UHGV virus genome: UHGV-1682877
Length of the DNA stretch: 64,000 nt
Source of the DNA: a virus
Reading direction: 5' to 3' (one strand)
In this document: positions 18,830 through 27,039 of the stretch, piece by piece
How the letters are laid out: every line of letters begins with the position of its first letter
How positions within the stretch are numbered: position 1 is the first letter of the stretch
Translations under genes and position numbers: made by a program
Notes under the pieces: model-generated
What the model was told of the DNA's origin: nothing
Database searches by the model: none
The model's input: the letters and a program-made list of their open reading frames with translations, nothing else

Positions 18830-20053
18830 TTGGCTTTTGATTTTAAACCTATTACAAAAATTTGTTTAAATATTACAGAAATGTGCCAGTGTGCTTGTCC
18901 TTTTTGTTTTGCAGAATATCACCCTCATAGAATATCTTACCAAGTTGCAAAGGATGCGGCAGACTGGATTATTAAAAATTCAGAATTAACAGGAGAAGTA
19001 GGATCTATCGGTTTTTTTGGCGGTGAACCGCTTCTTGAATGGGATACGATTATTGTTCCACTTACCAAGTATATTAAAGATGAGCGAGGATTAAAAGATT
19101 TTGAATTGGGTGTTACGACAAATTGTCTTTTGCTTGATGAAGAAAAGTTAAAATTTATGAAAAAATATGACTTTGGTTTACTATGCTCTATTGATGGAGC
19201 AAAAGAAACTCAAGATTATAATAGACCTTGCCGCAATGGACAAAGTAGCTTCGATATTATTGATGAAAAGATTCCTTTAATTCTAAAATATTTTCCAGAT
19301 ACTTTAATGCGTTCTACTATTATTCCCGCAACATGTGAACATTATTTTAAAAATTTAGAGTATGGATGGAATAAAGGATTCTATCATAGTTTTACAATTA
19401 TTAATCAATTTGAAGAATGGCCCGAAGATAAAAGAAAAATTCTTGAAGAGCAAGTTAGAAAATTTTCTAATTATTTAATTACATGTTTTAGAGAAGGATT
19501 GCCTTTTATGCGCCAACGAACTCTTGAACAAGCAATTAATAAAATAGTTGGAACAAATCTTCATTTTGCTCAAGGTAATGTTGAAAGAATTAAATTTGAT
19601 GATTTAGGAAGATGTTGTGGACTTGGTAGTGGATATGGTGCTATTAATTATGAAGGAGACATTTTTACTTGTCAAGAAGCAGTAAGCCGAGAAAAAGATA
19701 AAAATATTTTTTATATTGGAAATATTTATACTGGTATTGACAAAGAGCGTCAACAAAAATTATTTGATGATGTATATGCTAATGGTGGAAATGTTTATAA
19801 TTCTGTCGATAAAAATAAGTGTAAAGAATGTCCAATAGAAGCTAGCTGTAATATGAATAGTTGTTTAGTTAATAATTATTTAGAAAGACAATTATTTGAC
19901 ATTCAAGCAGATGCAATGTGTTGGTGGAATAATCTTATGGCGAAAGAAGCTCAATATATTTGTTATATACTTGGTACAGAAAATAATGAATATTTTAAAG
20001 ATTATTTTAAATGGGTAATTACCTCACAAGGAGGGACACTTAGCAATGATTGA
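18830..20053 (+). CDS. radical SAM enzyme with C-terminal SPASM-like Cys cluster
   Basis: CQCACPFC (CxxxCxxC), GGEPLL, C-terminal CKECPIEASCNMNSC; TTG start 18830 after RBS aaggagg. Confidence 0.75.
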   Translation: MAFDFKPITKICLNITEMCQCACPFCFAEYHPHRISYQVAKDAADWIIKNSELTGEVGSIGFFGGEPLLEWDTIIVPLTKYIKDERGLKDFELGVTTNCLLLDEEKLKFMKKYDFGLLCSIDGAKETQDYNRPCRNGQSSFDIIDEKIPLILKYFPDTLMRSTIIPATCEHYFKNLEYGWNKGFYHSFTIINQFEEWPEDKRKILEEQVRKFSNYLITCFREGLPFMRQRTLEQAINKIVGTNLHFAQGNVERIKFDDLGRCCGLGSGYGAINYEGDIFTCQEAVSREKDKNIFYIGNIYTGIDKERQQKLFDDVYANGGNVYNSVDKNKCKECPIEASCNMNSCLVNNYLERQLFDIQADAMCWWNNLMAKEAQYICYILGTENNEYFKDYFKWVITSQGGTLSND

Positions 20054-20795
20054 GTATATTCCTATTTCTAACAATTTAGCAGAAACTGTAGCAGAAATTG
20101 CTAATAAAAAATTTGAAGGCATGGTGCGAGAAGGAATAAATAATGGCGGAATTGTTGCTTTTGCAGATGGTTGTACTGGTTGCGAAAGTGGATGTTCTGG
20201 TTCTTGTACTGGAAGCTGTAGTAGCAGTTGTAAAGATAGTTGTAAGGATACTTGCAAAGATACCTGTAAAGGAAGTTGTAAAAACGGATGTAAAGAAGGG
20301 TGTAAAGGAAAATGTACTGGTAGCTGTCAATCTAGCTGCGAAAATGCCTGCGCACCTGGGTGTCAGTATAATTGTGAAGATGGTGGGCAAACAGTAGAAA
20401 CTTACAATTCTACAAGGCAGTATACTTTTGATGGTTGGTCTAGTACCGTAAGTCCAAACTCTACTATTAATATTTCTGCTGATGATTGGAATACCCTTGC
20501 AGGTAAAGTTAAAGGAGCAGCTCGTGCGGGTTGGGAGAAAAATGTAAGTGTGACAAGAGCATCTTCTGGAGGATGGATTACTGCTGCAATATATAATTCT
20601 ATGGTTAATGGATTAAATTCTTTGGGTAATTCTTTAGGAAGTGTTGGTTCTTCGACTTACATTGAAGCAAGTCATTTTTCTAAATTAACCAATGCATTAA
20701 ATAAAGCAACTATTCCAAAGAAAAAATGCTGCGAGTTAAAAGAATATTGTATGGAAAGTTGCAATGAAACAAGAGGCCCATTAACTGGTTCTTAA
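20046..20795 (+). CDS. Cys-repeat protein, candidate substrate of upstream radical SAM enzyme
   Basis: about 16 consecutive CxxxC units (CKDSCKDTCKDTCKGSC...), 8 nt overlap with upstream gene. Confidence 0.6.
   Translation: MIEYIPISNNLAETVAEIANKKFEGMVREGINNGGIVAFADGCTGCESGCSGSCTGSCSSSCKDSCKDTCKDTCKGSCKNGCKEGCKGKCTGSCQSSCENACAPGCQYNCEDGGQTVETYNSTRQYTFDGWSSTVSPNSTINISADDWNTLAGKVKGAARAGWEKNVSVTRASSGGWITAAIYNSMVNGLNSLGNSLGSVGSSTYIEASHFSKLTNALNKATIPKKKCCELKEYCMESCNETRGPLTGS
20170..20370 (+). repeat. 12 bp-periodic coding tandem repeat
   Basis: tgtaaagatagt-like units. Confidence 0.6.
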
Positions 20796-20811
20796 CTAGG
20801 ACACTGTTAAA

Positions 20812-20842
20812 TTGAAAATTTTAAAAAAATATTATATAATAT
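20812..20842 (+). promoter_or_regulatory. repeated promoter family copy (first of tandem pair)
   Basis: ttgaaa-17-tataat atatatagaaagttaaggaaag. Confidence 0.5.
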
Positions 20843-20897
20843 ATATAGAAAGTTAAGGAAAGAGTAATAAAAATTTCTTGAACAAAATAAATTAATT

Positions 20898-20926
20898 TGA
20901 AAAAATAAAAAATAAATGATATAATA
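20898..20926 (+). promoter_or_regulatory. repeated promoter family copy (second of tandem pair)
   Basis: gatataatatatatagaaagttaagagaggag. Confidence 0.45.
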
Positions 20927-20956
20927 TATATAGAAAGTTAAGAGAGGAGAAAATTT

Positions 20957-21151
20957 ATGAATAAGATTATTTTTAAAGCTAAGAATTGGACTATGACTTT
21001 TAGAACTAGACAGCAAGCCCTTAATTTTATCCGTAAAAATTCCATTAATCCTTATACTGCCAATATTTTGGTTCTTATTGGTACTCAGGATGTATTTCAT
21101 TTGGGTTCTCCTCGTGCAGATCAGTATTTTGGACTGAAAAGAAAAAATTGA
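20957..21151 (+). CDS. hypothetical small protein
   Basis: ORF track. Confidence 0.4.
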   Translation: MNKIIFKAKNWTMTFRTRQQALNFIRKNSINPYTANILVLIGTQDVFHLGSPRADQYFGLKRKN

Positions 21152-21176
21152 AAATTTAAAAAAAATATGATATAAT
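21148..21176 (+). promoter_or_regulatory. promoter for tRNA island 2
   Basis: ttgaaa-17-tataat. Confidence 0.5.
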
Positions 21177-21263
21177 ATTTAAGGAAAGACTTGTACAGCA
21201 AATAAAGCTTAAAAGCACTTGACTGGTAATCAAGAAGAAAATGAGTCTTGCTTAAATATTCAT

Positions 21264-21349
21264 GTGGGCGTGATGAAATAGGAAAACATATCGCACTTAA
21301 AATGCGCTGCTAATCTAGCTTGTGGGTTCGAGTCCCATCGCCCACACCA
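21264..21349 (+). tRNA. tRNA-Leu (anticodon TAA)
   Basis: acceptor gtgggcg/cgcccac, loop cttaaaa, long variable arm, CCA. Confidence 0.65.
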
Positions 21350-21350
21350 T

Positions 21351-21390
21351 CTTTAAAACTGATACTCTTTACTATTAGTTTTAAAGATAA
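21351..21390 (+). other. perfect 12 bp inverted-repeat hairpin between tRNAs
   Basis: atctttaaaact ... agttttaaagat. Confidence 0.5.
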
Positions 21391-21413
21391 CAATGAACTT
21401 GAGTTTACTGATA

Positions 21414-21491
21414 TGCGTCTGTAACTCAACTGGATAGAGTAACTGCCTTCTAAGCAGTAAGCCAGGGGTTCGAGTCCCTTCAGGCGTACCA
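21414..21491 (+). tRNA. tRNA-Arg (anticodon TCT)
   Basis: loop cttctaa, T-arm aggggttcgagtccctt, CCA. Confidence 0.65.
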
Positions 21492-21676
21492 AGCAGAACT
21501 ATAATAGGCAACAAAAGGAAATAGCTGATGTGAAAGGCATCTTGTCTTGCTGACATGACAATAAACTTTGAACGGGCGTATAATGCGTATCGTGCCTGCG
21601 GGTGTAGAGTCAGAAAAGTAGGGGAATAATTGAGGAGCAGCTATAGGTGAGGCCCCACCTCCACCTTCCTTAATAT

Positions 21677-21768
21677 GGGGCAATGGCAGAGTTTGGCTTA
21701 TTGCACTTGTCTTGAAAACAAGCAAACTAGCAATAGTTTCACTGGTTCAAATCCAGTTTGCCCCGCCA
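21677..21768 (+). tRNA. tRNA-Ser (anticodon TGA)
   Basis: acceptor ggggcaa/ttgcccc, loop cttgaaa, long variable arm, CCA. Confidence 0.65.
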
Positions 21769-21772
21769 ATAA

Positions 21773-21846
21773 GCAGGTATAGTTTAATGATAGAACTCTG
21801 GACTTCCACTCCAGCGATGCGGGTTTGATTCCCGTTACTTGCTCCA
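21773..21846 (+). tRNA. tRNA-Gly (anticodon TCC)
   Basis: loop cttccac, T-arm gcgggtttgattcccgt, CCA. Confidence 0.65.
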
Positions 21847-21909
21847 TAAAGATACTCACAGCAATTTATTTTTTATAATGGGTATAAAAAAATAAAGTAT
21901 CTTGTATTT

Positions 21910-21985
21910 GCTAACGTGGCGCAACAGGTAGCGCAGCGGCCTTGTAAACCGCAGGTTAAGAGTTCAAGTCTCTTCGTTAGCTCCA
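21910..21985 (+). tRNA. tRNA-Thr (anticodon TGT)
   Basis: acceptor gctaacg/cgttagc, loop cttgtaa, CCA. Confidence 0.65.
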
Positions 21986-21987
21986 AT

Positions 21988-22063
21988 GGTTCGCTAGTTC
22001 ATTAGGTAGAACACTTGCCTTTTAAGCAAGATGTGCTGGGTTCAAATCCCAGGCGAGCCACCA
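21988..22063 (+). tRNA. tRNA-Lys (anticodon TTT)
   Basis: loop cttttaa, T-arm ctgggttcaaatcccag, CCA. Confidence 0.7.
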
Positions 22064-22437
22064 TTAGTCTTATCATACAGACGTAAAATAAATGAGTACC
22101 CCAGATAATGCTGAACTGGGTATCCGGGTATCGGGAGAATTAGTCTGGCAACTGTTGAAGCGACGATACTGCGTGACCAGGCATAAGGGCGACCTAAGTC
22201 GTTAGCTATGGGTAAACAGGTTGATAGCCGCATAGTAAAATGTTTCCTTGCGTCATTAAAATGCAAGGCGTTATAGGAGAGACGGCGGAGCATTACTCAT
22301 CTCCACTCCTTCTGCTACGAGAAGTAGAAAATCAAGGCTTCTGAGAAATGCTAATGAGAATGGTCAACCTCTGATTAAAAAAGGACTAAAGCTAGCTTAG
22401 GTTTTAGGTTATCCTCCTTACGAGGGAAAACCTTATT
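22064..22437 (+). ncRNA. structured non-coding region, candidate novel ncRNA
   Basis: ~370 nt with no RBS-supported ORF, locally GC-richer, multiple hairpins (ccttgc/gcaagg, cttct/agaag, nested ggtt-cctc/gagg-aacc). Confidence 0.3.
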
Positions 22438-22522
22438 TGCCAGAATGTTGGAATTGGTAGACAAAGAAGTCTCAAAAACTTTCGCTTTATGCGTGCGGGT
22501 TCGAATCCCGCTTCTGGTACCA
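22438..22522 (+). tRNA. tRNA-Leu (anticodon CAA)
   Basis: acceptor gccagaa/ttctggt, loop ctcaaaa, long variable arm, T-arm gcgggttcgaatcccgc, CCA. Confidence 0.65.
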
Positions 22523-22594
22523 TTATATTTTTAAATTATTTATAAAGACCTTAACAGCAAAGACTTGGACAGTAAATCCGTAGCTTAAAGTTGC

Positions 22595-22640
22595 GCAGGT
22601 TCAAATCCTGCCCTCCACACCATATGTGGAGGTAGAGAAG
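22595..22640 (+). other. orphan tRNA T-arm plus permuted acceptor-like hairpin
   Basis: gcaggttcaaatcctgc then cctccaca-ccata-tgtggagg; no matching 5' half. Confidence 0.35.
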
Positions 22641-22734
22641 TGGTTAAACTCCGCGGAACCAAAAACAAATGGTCTAGGAATTATTTCTCTCTTGCCTAAG
22701 AGAGAAAACTAAAAAACAAAAGGAGAAAGTTATT

Positions 22735-24258
22735 ATGGAAAATAAGATGCTTAATATTTTGAAGGAAAAGAATACTCATTCTATCACTGAGAACGGCGGT
22801 TTGACTTATAATTCTACTATGAATGGAATTATGGATTTGTTTGCTCTTGGTGGTGCTTATCGAAATCGCTCAGATGATGATTGTATTTTTCTTTTTAAGA
22901 AGGCTTTTGAGGAAGATATTTCTTATGCTTTGAAGTGTCTCTTTTATTTGCGAGACGTACGCGGTGGACAGGGAGAACGCAGATTTTTTAAGGTCGTAAC
23001 TTCTTGGTTGGCAGTTAATCACACCGAGGAAATGCGTAGAAATCTGAAGTATGTTCCTGAGTATGGTCGCTGGGATGATTTGTATGCTTTTGTTGATACT
23101 CCGCTTGAGGCAGATGCTTTTAAGACTATGTATCATCAGCTTGCTCTTGATGTTCAGTGTAAAACTCCTTCTCTTTTGGCTAAGTGGTTGAAGTCTGAAA
23201 ATACTTCTTCTGCAGAATCTCGTATGCTTGGAGCTAAAACCAGAATGGCTTTTAATATGTCTCCTAAGCAGTATCGCAAGATTCTCTCTATTCTTCGTGA
23301 AAGAATTAGAGTTTTGGAAAGACTGATGAGTGAAAACCGTTGGGATGAAATTGAATTTGATAAGATTCCTTCTAAGGCAGGTCTAAAGTATCGCAATGCT
23401 TTTGCAAAGCACGATATTGAAAGAGAAAAGTCTAATAAGGTAACTTATGAAGAGTTTGTAAAGGATTCTAATACTAAGGTCAATGCTGATACTTTGAATC
23501 CCGCAGATGTAGTTCATGCTGTTGTTTCTAAATTTCCCTATTATAGAGGAAATTTTAATGGAACTGATGTGGAGAGAGCTGCACTCAATAAGTATTGGGA
23601 TAATCTAAAGGATTATTTTAATAATGCTGTTTTTGACGGTGTTGCTGTCGTTGATACTTCTGGTTCTATGTGTGGTTTTTATGGTAGTGAGAAAACTATT
23701 GCACCTATTGATGTAGCTATTTCTCTTGGTATGTATTGTGCTGAGAAGTGTAATCCCAATTCTCCCTGGTATGGACATTATATTACTTTTTCCCGAACTG
23801 CAAGATTGGTACCTGTTGAAGGTATTGATTTTGTTGATAAGGTGCGTAGAATTTATCAAAAGAATCTTTGTGAGAATACCAACATTAAAAGTATTTTTGA
23901 TTTGCTATTGAGCAATGCTATTAAATATAATATTCCTAATGAAGAAATGCCTAAAAACATTGTAATCATTAGTGATATGGAATTTGATTATTGCGCTGGT
24001 TACTATAATAGTGATGAATACAAGTCTGAAATGGAAAAGATTATGCAAGTTTGGAACTCTCATGGTTACACTACTCCACATTTGATTTTCTGGAATGTTG
24101 ACGCTCGAAATGATAATATTCCCATGAAGATGAAGGATGGTATTACTTTTATTTCTGGTTATTCTGCGGTAACTTATGAAATGTTGATGACTGGTAAAAC
24201 TGGTTTTGATTTGGTTTTGGAAAAGTTGAACAATAAGAGATATGAGGTAATCAAGTAA
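22735..24258 (+). CDS. vWA/MIDAS-domain protein with helical N-domain (DUF2828-like; possibly TROVE/Ro60-like)
   Basis: DTSGSM MIDAS motif near residue 305; N-terminal ENGGLTY...DLFALGGAYR...RDVRGGQGERR. Confidence 0.5.
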   Translation: MENKMLNILKEKNTHSITENGGLTYNSTMNGIMDLFALGGAYRNRSDDDCIFLFKKAFEEDISYALKCLFYLRDVRGGQGERRFFKVVTSWLAVNHTEEMRRNLKYVPEYGRWDDLYAFVDTPLEADAFKTMYHQLALDVQCKTPSLLAKWLKSENTSSAESRMLGAKTRMAFNMSPKQYRKILSILRERIRVLERLMSENRWDEIEFDKIPSKAGLKYRNAFAKHDIEREKSNKVTYEEFVKDSNTKVNADTLNPADVVHAVVSKFPYYRGNFNGTDVERAALNKYWDNLKDYFNNAVFDGVAVVDTSGSMCGFYGSEKTIAPIDVAISLGMYCAEKCNPNSPWYGHYITFSRTARLVPVEGIDFVDKVRRIYQKNLCENTNIKSIFDLLLSNAIKYNIPNEEMPKNIVIISDMEFDYCAGYYNSDEYKSEMEKIMQVWNSHGYTTPHLIFWNVDARNDNIPMKMKDGITFISGYSAVTYEMLMTGKTGFDLVLEKLNNKRYEVIK

Positions 24259-24268
24259 ATAGTATTTT

Positions 24269-24297
24269 AAGAGAGGTAAAATTACCTCTCTTTTTTT
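24269..24297 (+). terminator. rho-independent terminator
   Basis: agagaggtaa/ttacctctct hairpin plus TTTTTTT. Confidence 0.65.
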
Positions 24298-24312
24298 ATA
24301 AGGAGGATTAAA

Positions 24313-25374
24313 ATGATATTATTAAATGATGATAATAGACACAGAGATTTTACAGGTGTAACTCGTTTTCACAATGCAGGTTATTTTGGAGAAAGAGTAA
24401 ATGCCGCAAGTGGAGAAACCTGGGATGTTAATAGATATAATCCAGATAATTTAGTAAGAAATTGCTTAAAGGATAAACAATTTTCAGATGAACATCCAAT
24501 AAATACTGCGGCAACATTTTTTCAAGTAGCTCCAAAAGCTCATCTATTTATGCTTTATTCCATTGATGGCAGTTATGGTAGTGGAGATAATTATAACTCT
24601 AAATTTTTTAATGAATCAGTAGAAATTATTGAAAAATATAATATTACTAATATGTTTACCTCTTTAAATTGTAGTAGACATACTAAATTTTTTGAAGATT
24701 TAAAAAATTGGTATATTAAACATCCTAGTTTTAAACCCTTTTGGTGCGCAGGAAATGATTCTTCTAAAAAATATAATCCAATTATGGAAATTGAAGAAGT
24801 AATTGGTGTAGCCGCTTATACTTTAATGGTAAATGGTACAGTAAATCCTGCTTATTATTCTAGTATTAGTAGTTATGTAGACTTTTCTGCACCTAGTATG
24901 ATTTATTTAAATCCGCAAGCTACAAAACCAGACGCAGCAACTTATTCCAATTCTGGTACTTCTTTTTCTACACCTTGGTTATGTGGAATGAGCTGTTTAG
25001 TAGATGATTTCTTTATTGATAAAAAAGGATTACCTCTAACAAGAGAAGGAATGATTCAATTCTTTAAAGATAATTGTAAAGATATAGGCGATAAGGGTAT
25101 TGATCCAAAAACAGGATTTGGCGCAGTAATTTTACCTGAACCAAATTCTATTGATATTGATAAATATTATAATATTGGGAGGACAAATATGAGTACATTA
25201 GATAAATTTAAAGATAAAAATGATATTTCTAATTGGGCTAAAGCAAGTATTGAATGGGCTGTTAATACAGGTATTCTTCAAGGTGACGATAAAGGCTATC
25301 TTTTACCCAAAGCTTACCTAACTAGAGAGCAAATGGCAGTTATGTTAGAGCGTTTTAAAAATATTATAAAATAA
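24313..25374 (+). CDS. subtilisin-like serine protease with C-terminal SLH-like wall-binding domain
   Basis: SNSGTSFSTPW catalytic Ser motif; C-terminal WAVNTGILQGDDKGYLLP...LTREQMAVML. Confidence 0.6.
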   Translation: MILLNDDNRHRDFTGVTRFHNAGYFGERVNAASGETWDVNRYNPDNLVRNCLKDKQFSDEHPINTAATFFQVAPKAHLFMLYSIDGSYGSGDNYNSKFFNESVEIIEKYNITNMFTSLNCSRHTKFFEDLKNWYIKHPSFKPFWCAGNDSSKKYNPIMEIEEVIGVAAYTLMVNGTVNPAYYSSISSYVDFSAPSMIYLNPQATKPDAATYSNSGTSFSTPWLCGMSCLVDDFFIDKKGLPLTREGMIQFFKDNCKDIGDKGIDPKTGFGAVILPEPNSIDIDKYYNIGRTNMSTLDKFKDKNDISNWAKASIEWAVNTGILQGDDKGYLLPKAYLTREQMAVMLERFKNIIK

Positions 25375-25380
25375 TTTTAA

Positions 25381-25410
25381 GGGAGTCAAAATGACTCCCT
25401 TTTTATTTTT
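25381..25410 (+). terminator. rho-independent terminator
   Basis: gggagtca/tgactccc hairpin plus T-run. Confidence 0.65.
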
Positions 25411-25479
25411 TTAAAAAAATATTATATAATATATATAGAAAGTTAAGGAATAAATAAATAAGAAAGAAGTTGAAATTTT

Positions 25480-25749
25480 ATGATTTATAGAAAAAGCAAA
25501 TACAGTAAAGATCAGACTGCAATTTGGCAAGGTGAAACTGCGGTTATTCTTGCTCAATCAGCAGAAGCTATGACAATAGATGAAATTAAAAACAATAGTA
25601 TTCAATTAACAGGTGTTTCTACTCAAAAAATGGCTAGGATTCTTGGGCATTTGATTGAAATGGGTATGGTAACAAAAGCAAAAAGCAAAAGTGGAAAAAT
25701 GGTCTATAAATCTTTGGCAGTAATGGAAATGCAAGGTTATGAAATTTAA
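25480..25749 (+). CDS. hypothetical protein
   Basis: ORF track. Confidence 0.4.
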   Translation: MIYRKSKYSKDQTAIWQGETAVILAQSAEAMTIDEIKNNSIQLTGVSTQKMARILGHLIEMGMVTKAKSKSGKMVYKSLAVMEMQGYEI

Positions 25750-25768
25750 ATAAAGGAGTTTGATATTT

Positions 25769-27037
25769 ATGGCATACTATGGTTTAGTAACTAAAATTGA
25801 AAATGTAAGAAAAGACCCTAATTCTGATAGACTCTATTTGGCTGATTGTTTTAGAGAAGGAGTTATTGTAGGCCCTAATATGAAGGAAAGCGAGTTGGTT
25901 CTTTATCTTCCTACTGATGGAGCTATTGAGCGTTGGTTTGGTGATGAGTTTAAACTTTTCCGCAAGAATTTAGATGGTACCGCGCAAGGTGGTTATTTGG
26001 AAAATAATGCTCATATTAGAGCAATTAAGCTAAGAGGTAATGAATCTTCTGGTATTGTTATTTCTTATTCTACTATTGTTGAGCATTTTGGTGAGCAAAA
26101 TTGGAAAGATGGCGATCAGGTCACTGAAATTAATAATAAGCTATTTTGTTATAAATATATTCCTAAACCTTCGGCTATTCCTCGCACTACTCCTAAAACT
26201 TCTTATAAAGGTCGTAAAGCAGCTGGAATTAAGTATCCTGATTTTGCCATGCATATTGATACTGCCCAATTAGCTTACAATCTTGGAATTTTTAGACCTG
26301 GAGATAAAATTAATCTAACCCTTAAAATGCATGGAACTAGCCAGCGTAGTGCATATACTTGGGCAGAATATCCTATGTCTTGGTTTAGAAAGCTATTTCA
26401 CATGAAACCTAAGAGAAAGTTGCAGTATGTTTTAGGTACTCGTAGAACTGTTGTTACTACTGATGGGGTAGGTTATTATGGTAATGACAAATTTAGATTT
26501 AGTCACCATGAAGCTTTAAAACCTTATCTCGATGAAGGTATGGAAGTTTTTTATGAAGTAGTTGGTTGGTATGGAGCAAAAGAAAATGAAACTATTATGC
26601 CAATTGTAGATAATAGTAAAATTAATGACAAGAAATTTATGAAAAAGTTTGGTAAGTATACTACTTTTTCTTATGGTTGTACTCCTGGTCATTCTGCAAT
26701 GTGGATTTATAGAATTACTTCTCATAATGGTGAATATGAATATTCTCCAGAGGAAATTACTACTTGGTGTAATGAATATGGTTTTAATCGTGTTCCTATT
26801 ATTGAGGATTTTGAATTTACTACTGTTGATGACTTGCTCGCTAAAATTGACAAATATTTTGAAGATATTGTTGACCCAGTTGGTTTAACTCATGTTAAAG
26901 AAGGTGTAGTAGTTAGAATTGCTAATAGACGTACTTTTACTGCATTAAAACAAAAAACCTGGGAGTTTAAAGTCCTTGAAGGTCTAGTTAAAGATACTGA
27001 AACCCAGCCCGATATGGAAGAAGCACAGGAGGTTTAA
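25769..27037 (+). CDS. Rnl2-family RNA ligase with N-terminal tRNA-binding OB domain
   Basis: N-terminal LVTKIENVRKDPNSDRLYLADCF (tRNA-binding fold); KMHGTS motif I like T4 Rnl2 KIHGTN; EGVVVR motif IV; KQK motif V. Confidence 0.6.
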   Translation: MAYYGLVTKIENVRKDPNSDRLYLADCFREGVIVGPNMKESELVLYLPTDGAIERWFGDEFKLFRKNLDGTAQGGYLENNAHIRAIKLRGNESSGIVISYSTIVEHFGEQNWKDGDQVTEINNKLFCYKYIPKPSAIPRTTPKTSYKGRKAAGIKYPDFAMHIDTAQLAYNLGIFRPGDKINLTLKMHGTSQRSAYTWAEYPMSWFRKLFHMKPKRKLQYVLGTRRTVVTTDGVGYYGNDKFRFSHHEALKPYLDEGMEVFYEVVGWYGAKENETIMPIVDNSKINDKKFMKKFGKYTTFSYGCTPGHSAMWIYRITSHNGEYEYSPEEITTWCNEYGFNRVPIIEDFEFTTVDDLLAKIDKYFEDIVDPVGLTHVKEGVVVRIANRRTFTALKQKTWEFKVLEGLVKDTETQPDMEEAQEV

Positions 27038-27039
27038 AT

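Noticed and set aside
20024-20397. Minus-strand ORFs 20024-20257 and 20076-20390 and plus-strand ORF 20143-20397
   Set aside because: Artefacts of the low-complexity Cys-repeat coding region; they overlap the RBS-supported 20046-20795 gene and lack start signals.
11120-21349. Suppressor tRNAs or stop-codon reassignment, prompted by anticodon loops containing TAA, TAG and TGA
   Set aside because: These anticodons read the sense codons UUA, CUA and UCA; a suppressor would need TTA, CTA or TCA. No gene in the window needs read-through of an in-frame stop: the large ORFs (polymerase 1279 aa, NrdD 762 aa, topoisomerase 791 aa) are continuous in the standard code.
21492-21676. Additional tRNA or ncRNA between tRNA-Arg and tRNA-Ser
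   Set aside because: Contains hairpins (aggtg/cacct) but no T-arm, acceptor pairing or anticodon arm; too little evidence to call.
11762-22293. Track ORFs overlapping the tRNA islands (11762-11953 minus, 21310-21492 minus, 21353-21556 minus, 21480-21725 minus, 22042-22293 minus)
   Set aside because: They run antisense through tRNA genes or the structured non-coding region and have no RBS; regarded as spurious.
22064-22522. tmRNA or RNase P RNA in the structured non-coding region
   Set aside because: No tRNA-like 5'/3' end pairing with a tag ORF and no P4-type conserved RNase P sequence (e.g. AAGTCCGG); the terminal T-arm belongs to an ordinary tRNA-Leu(CAA).
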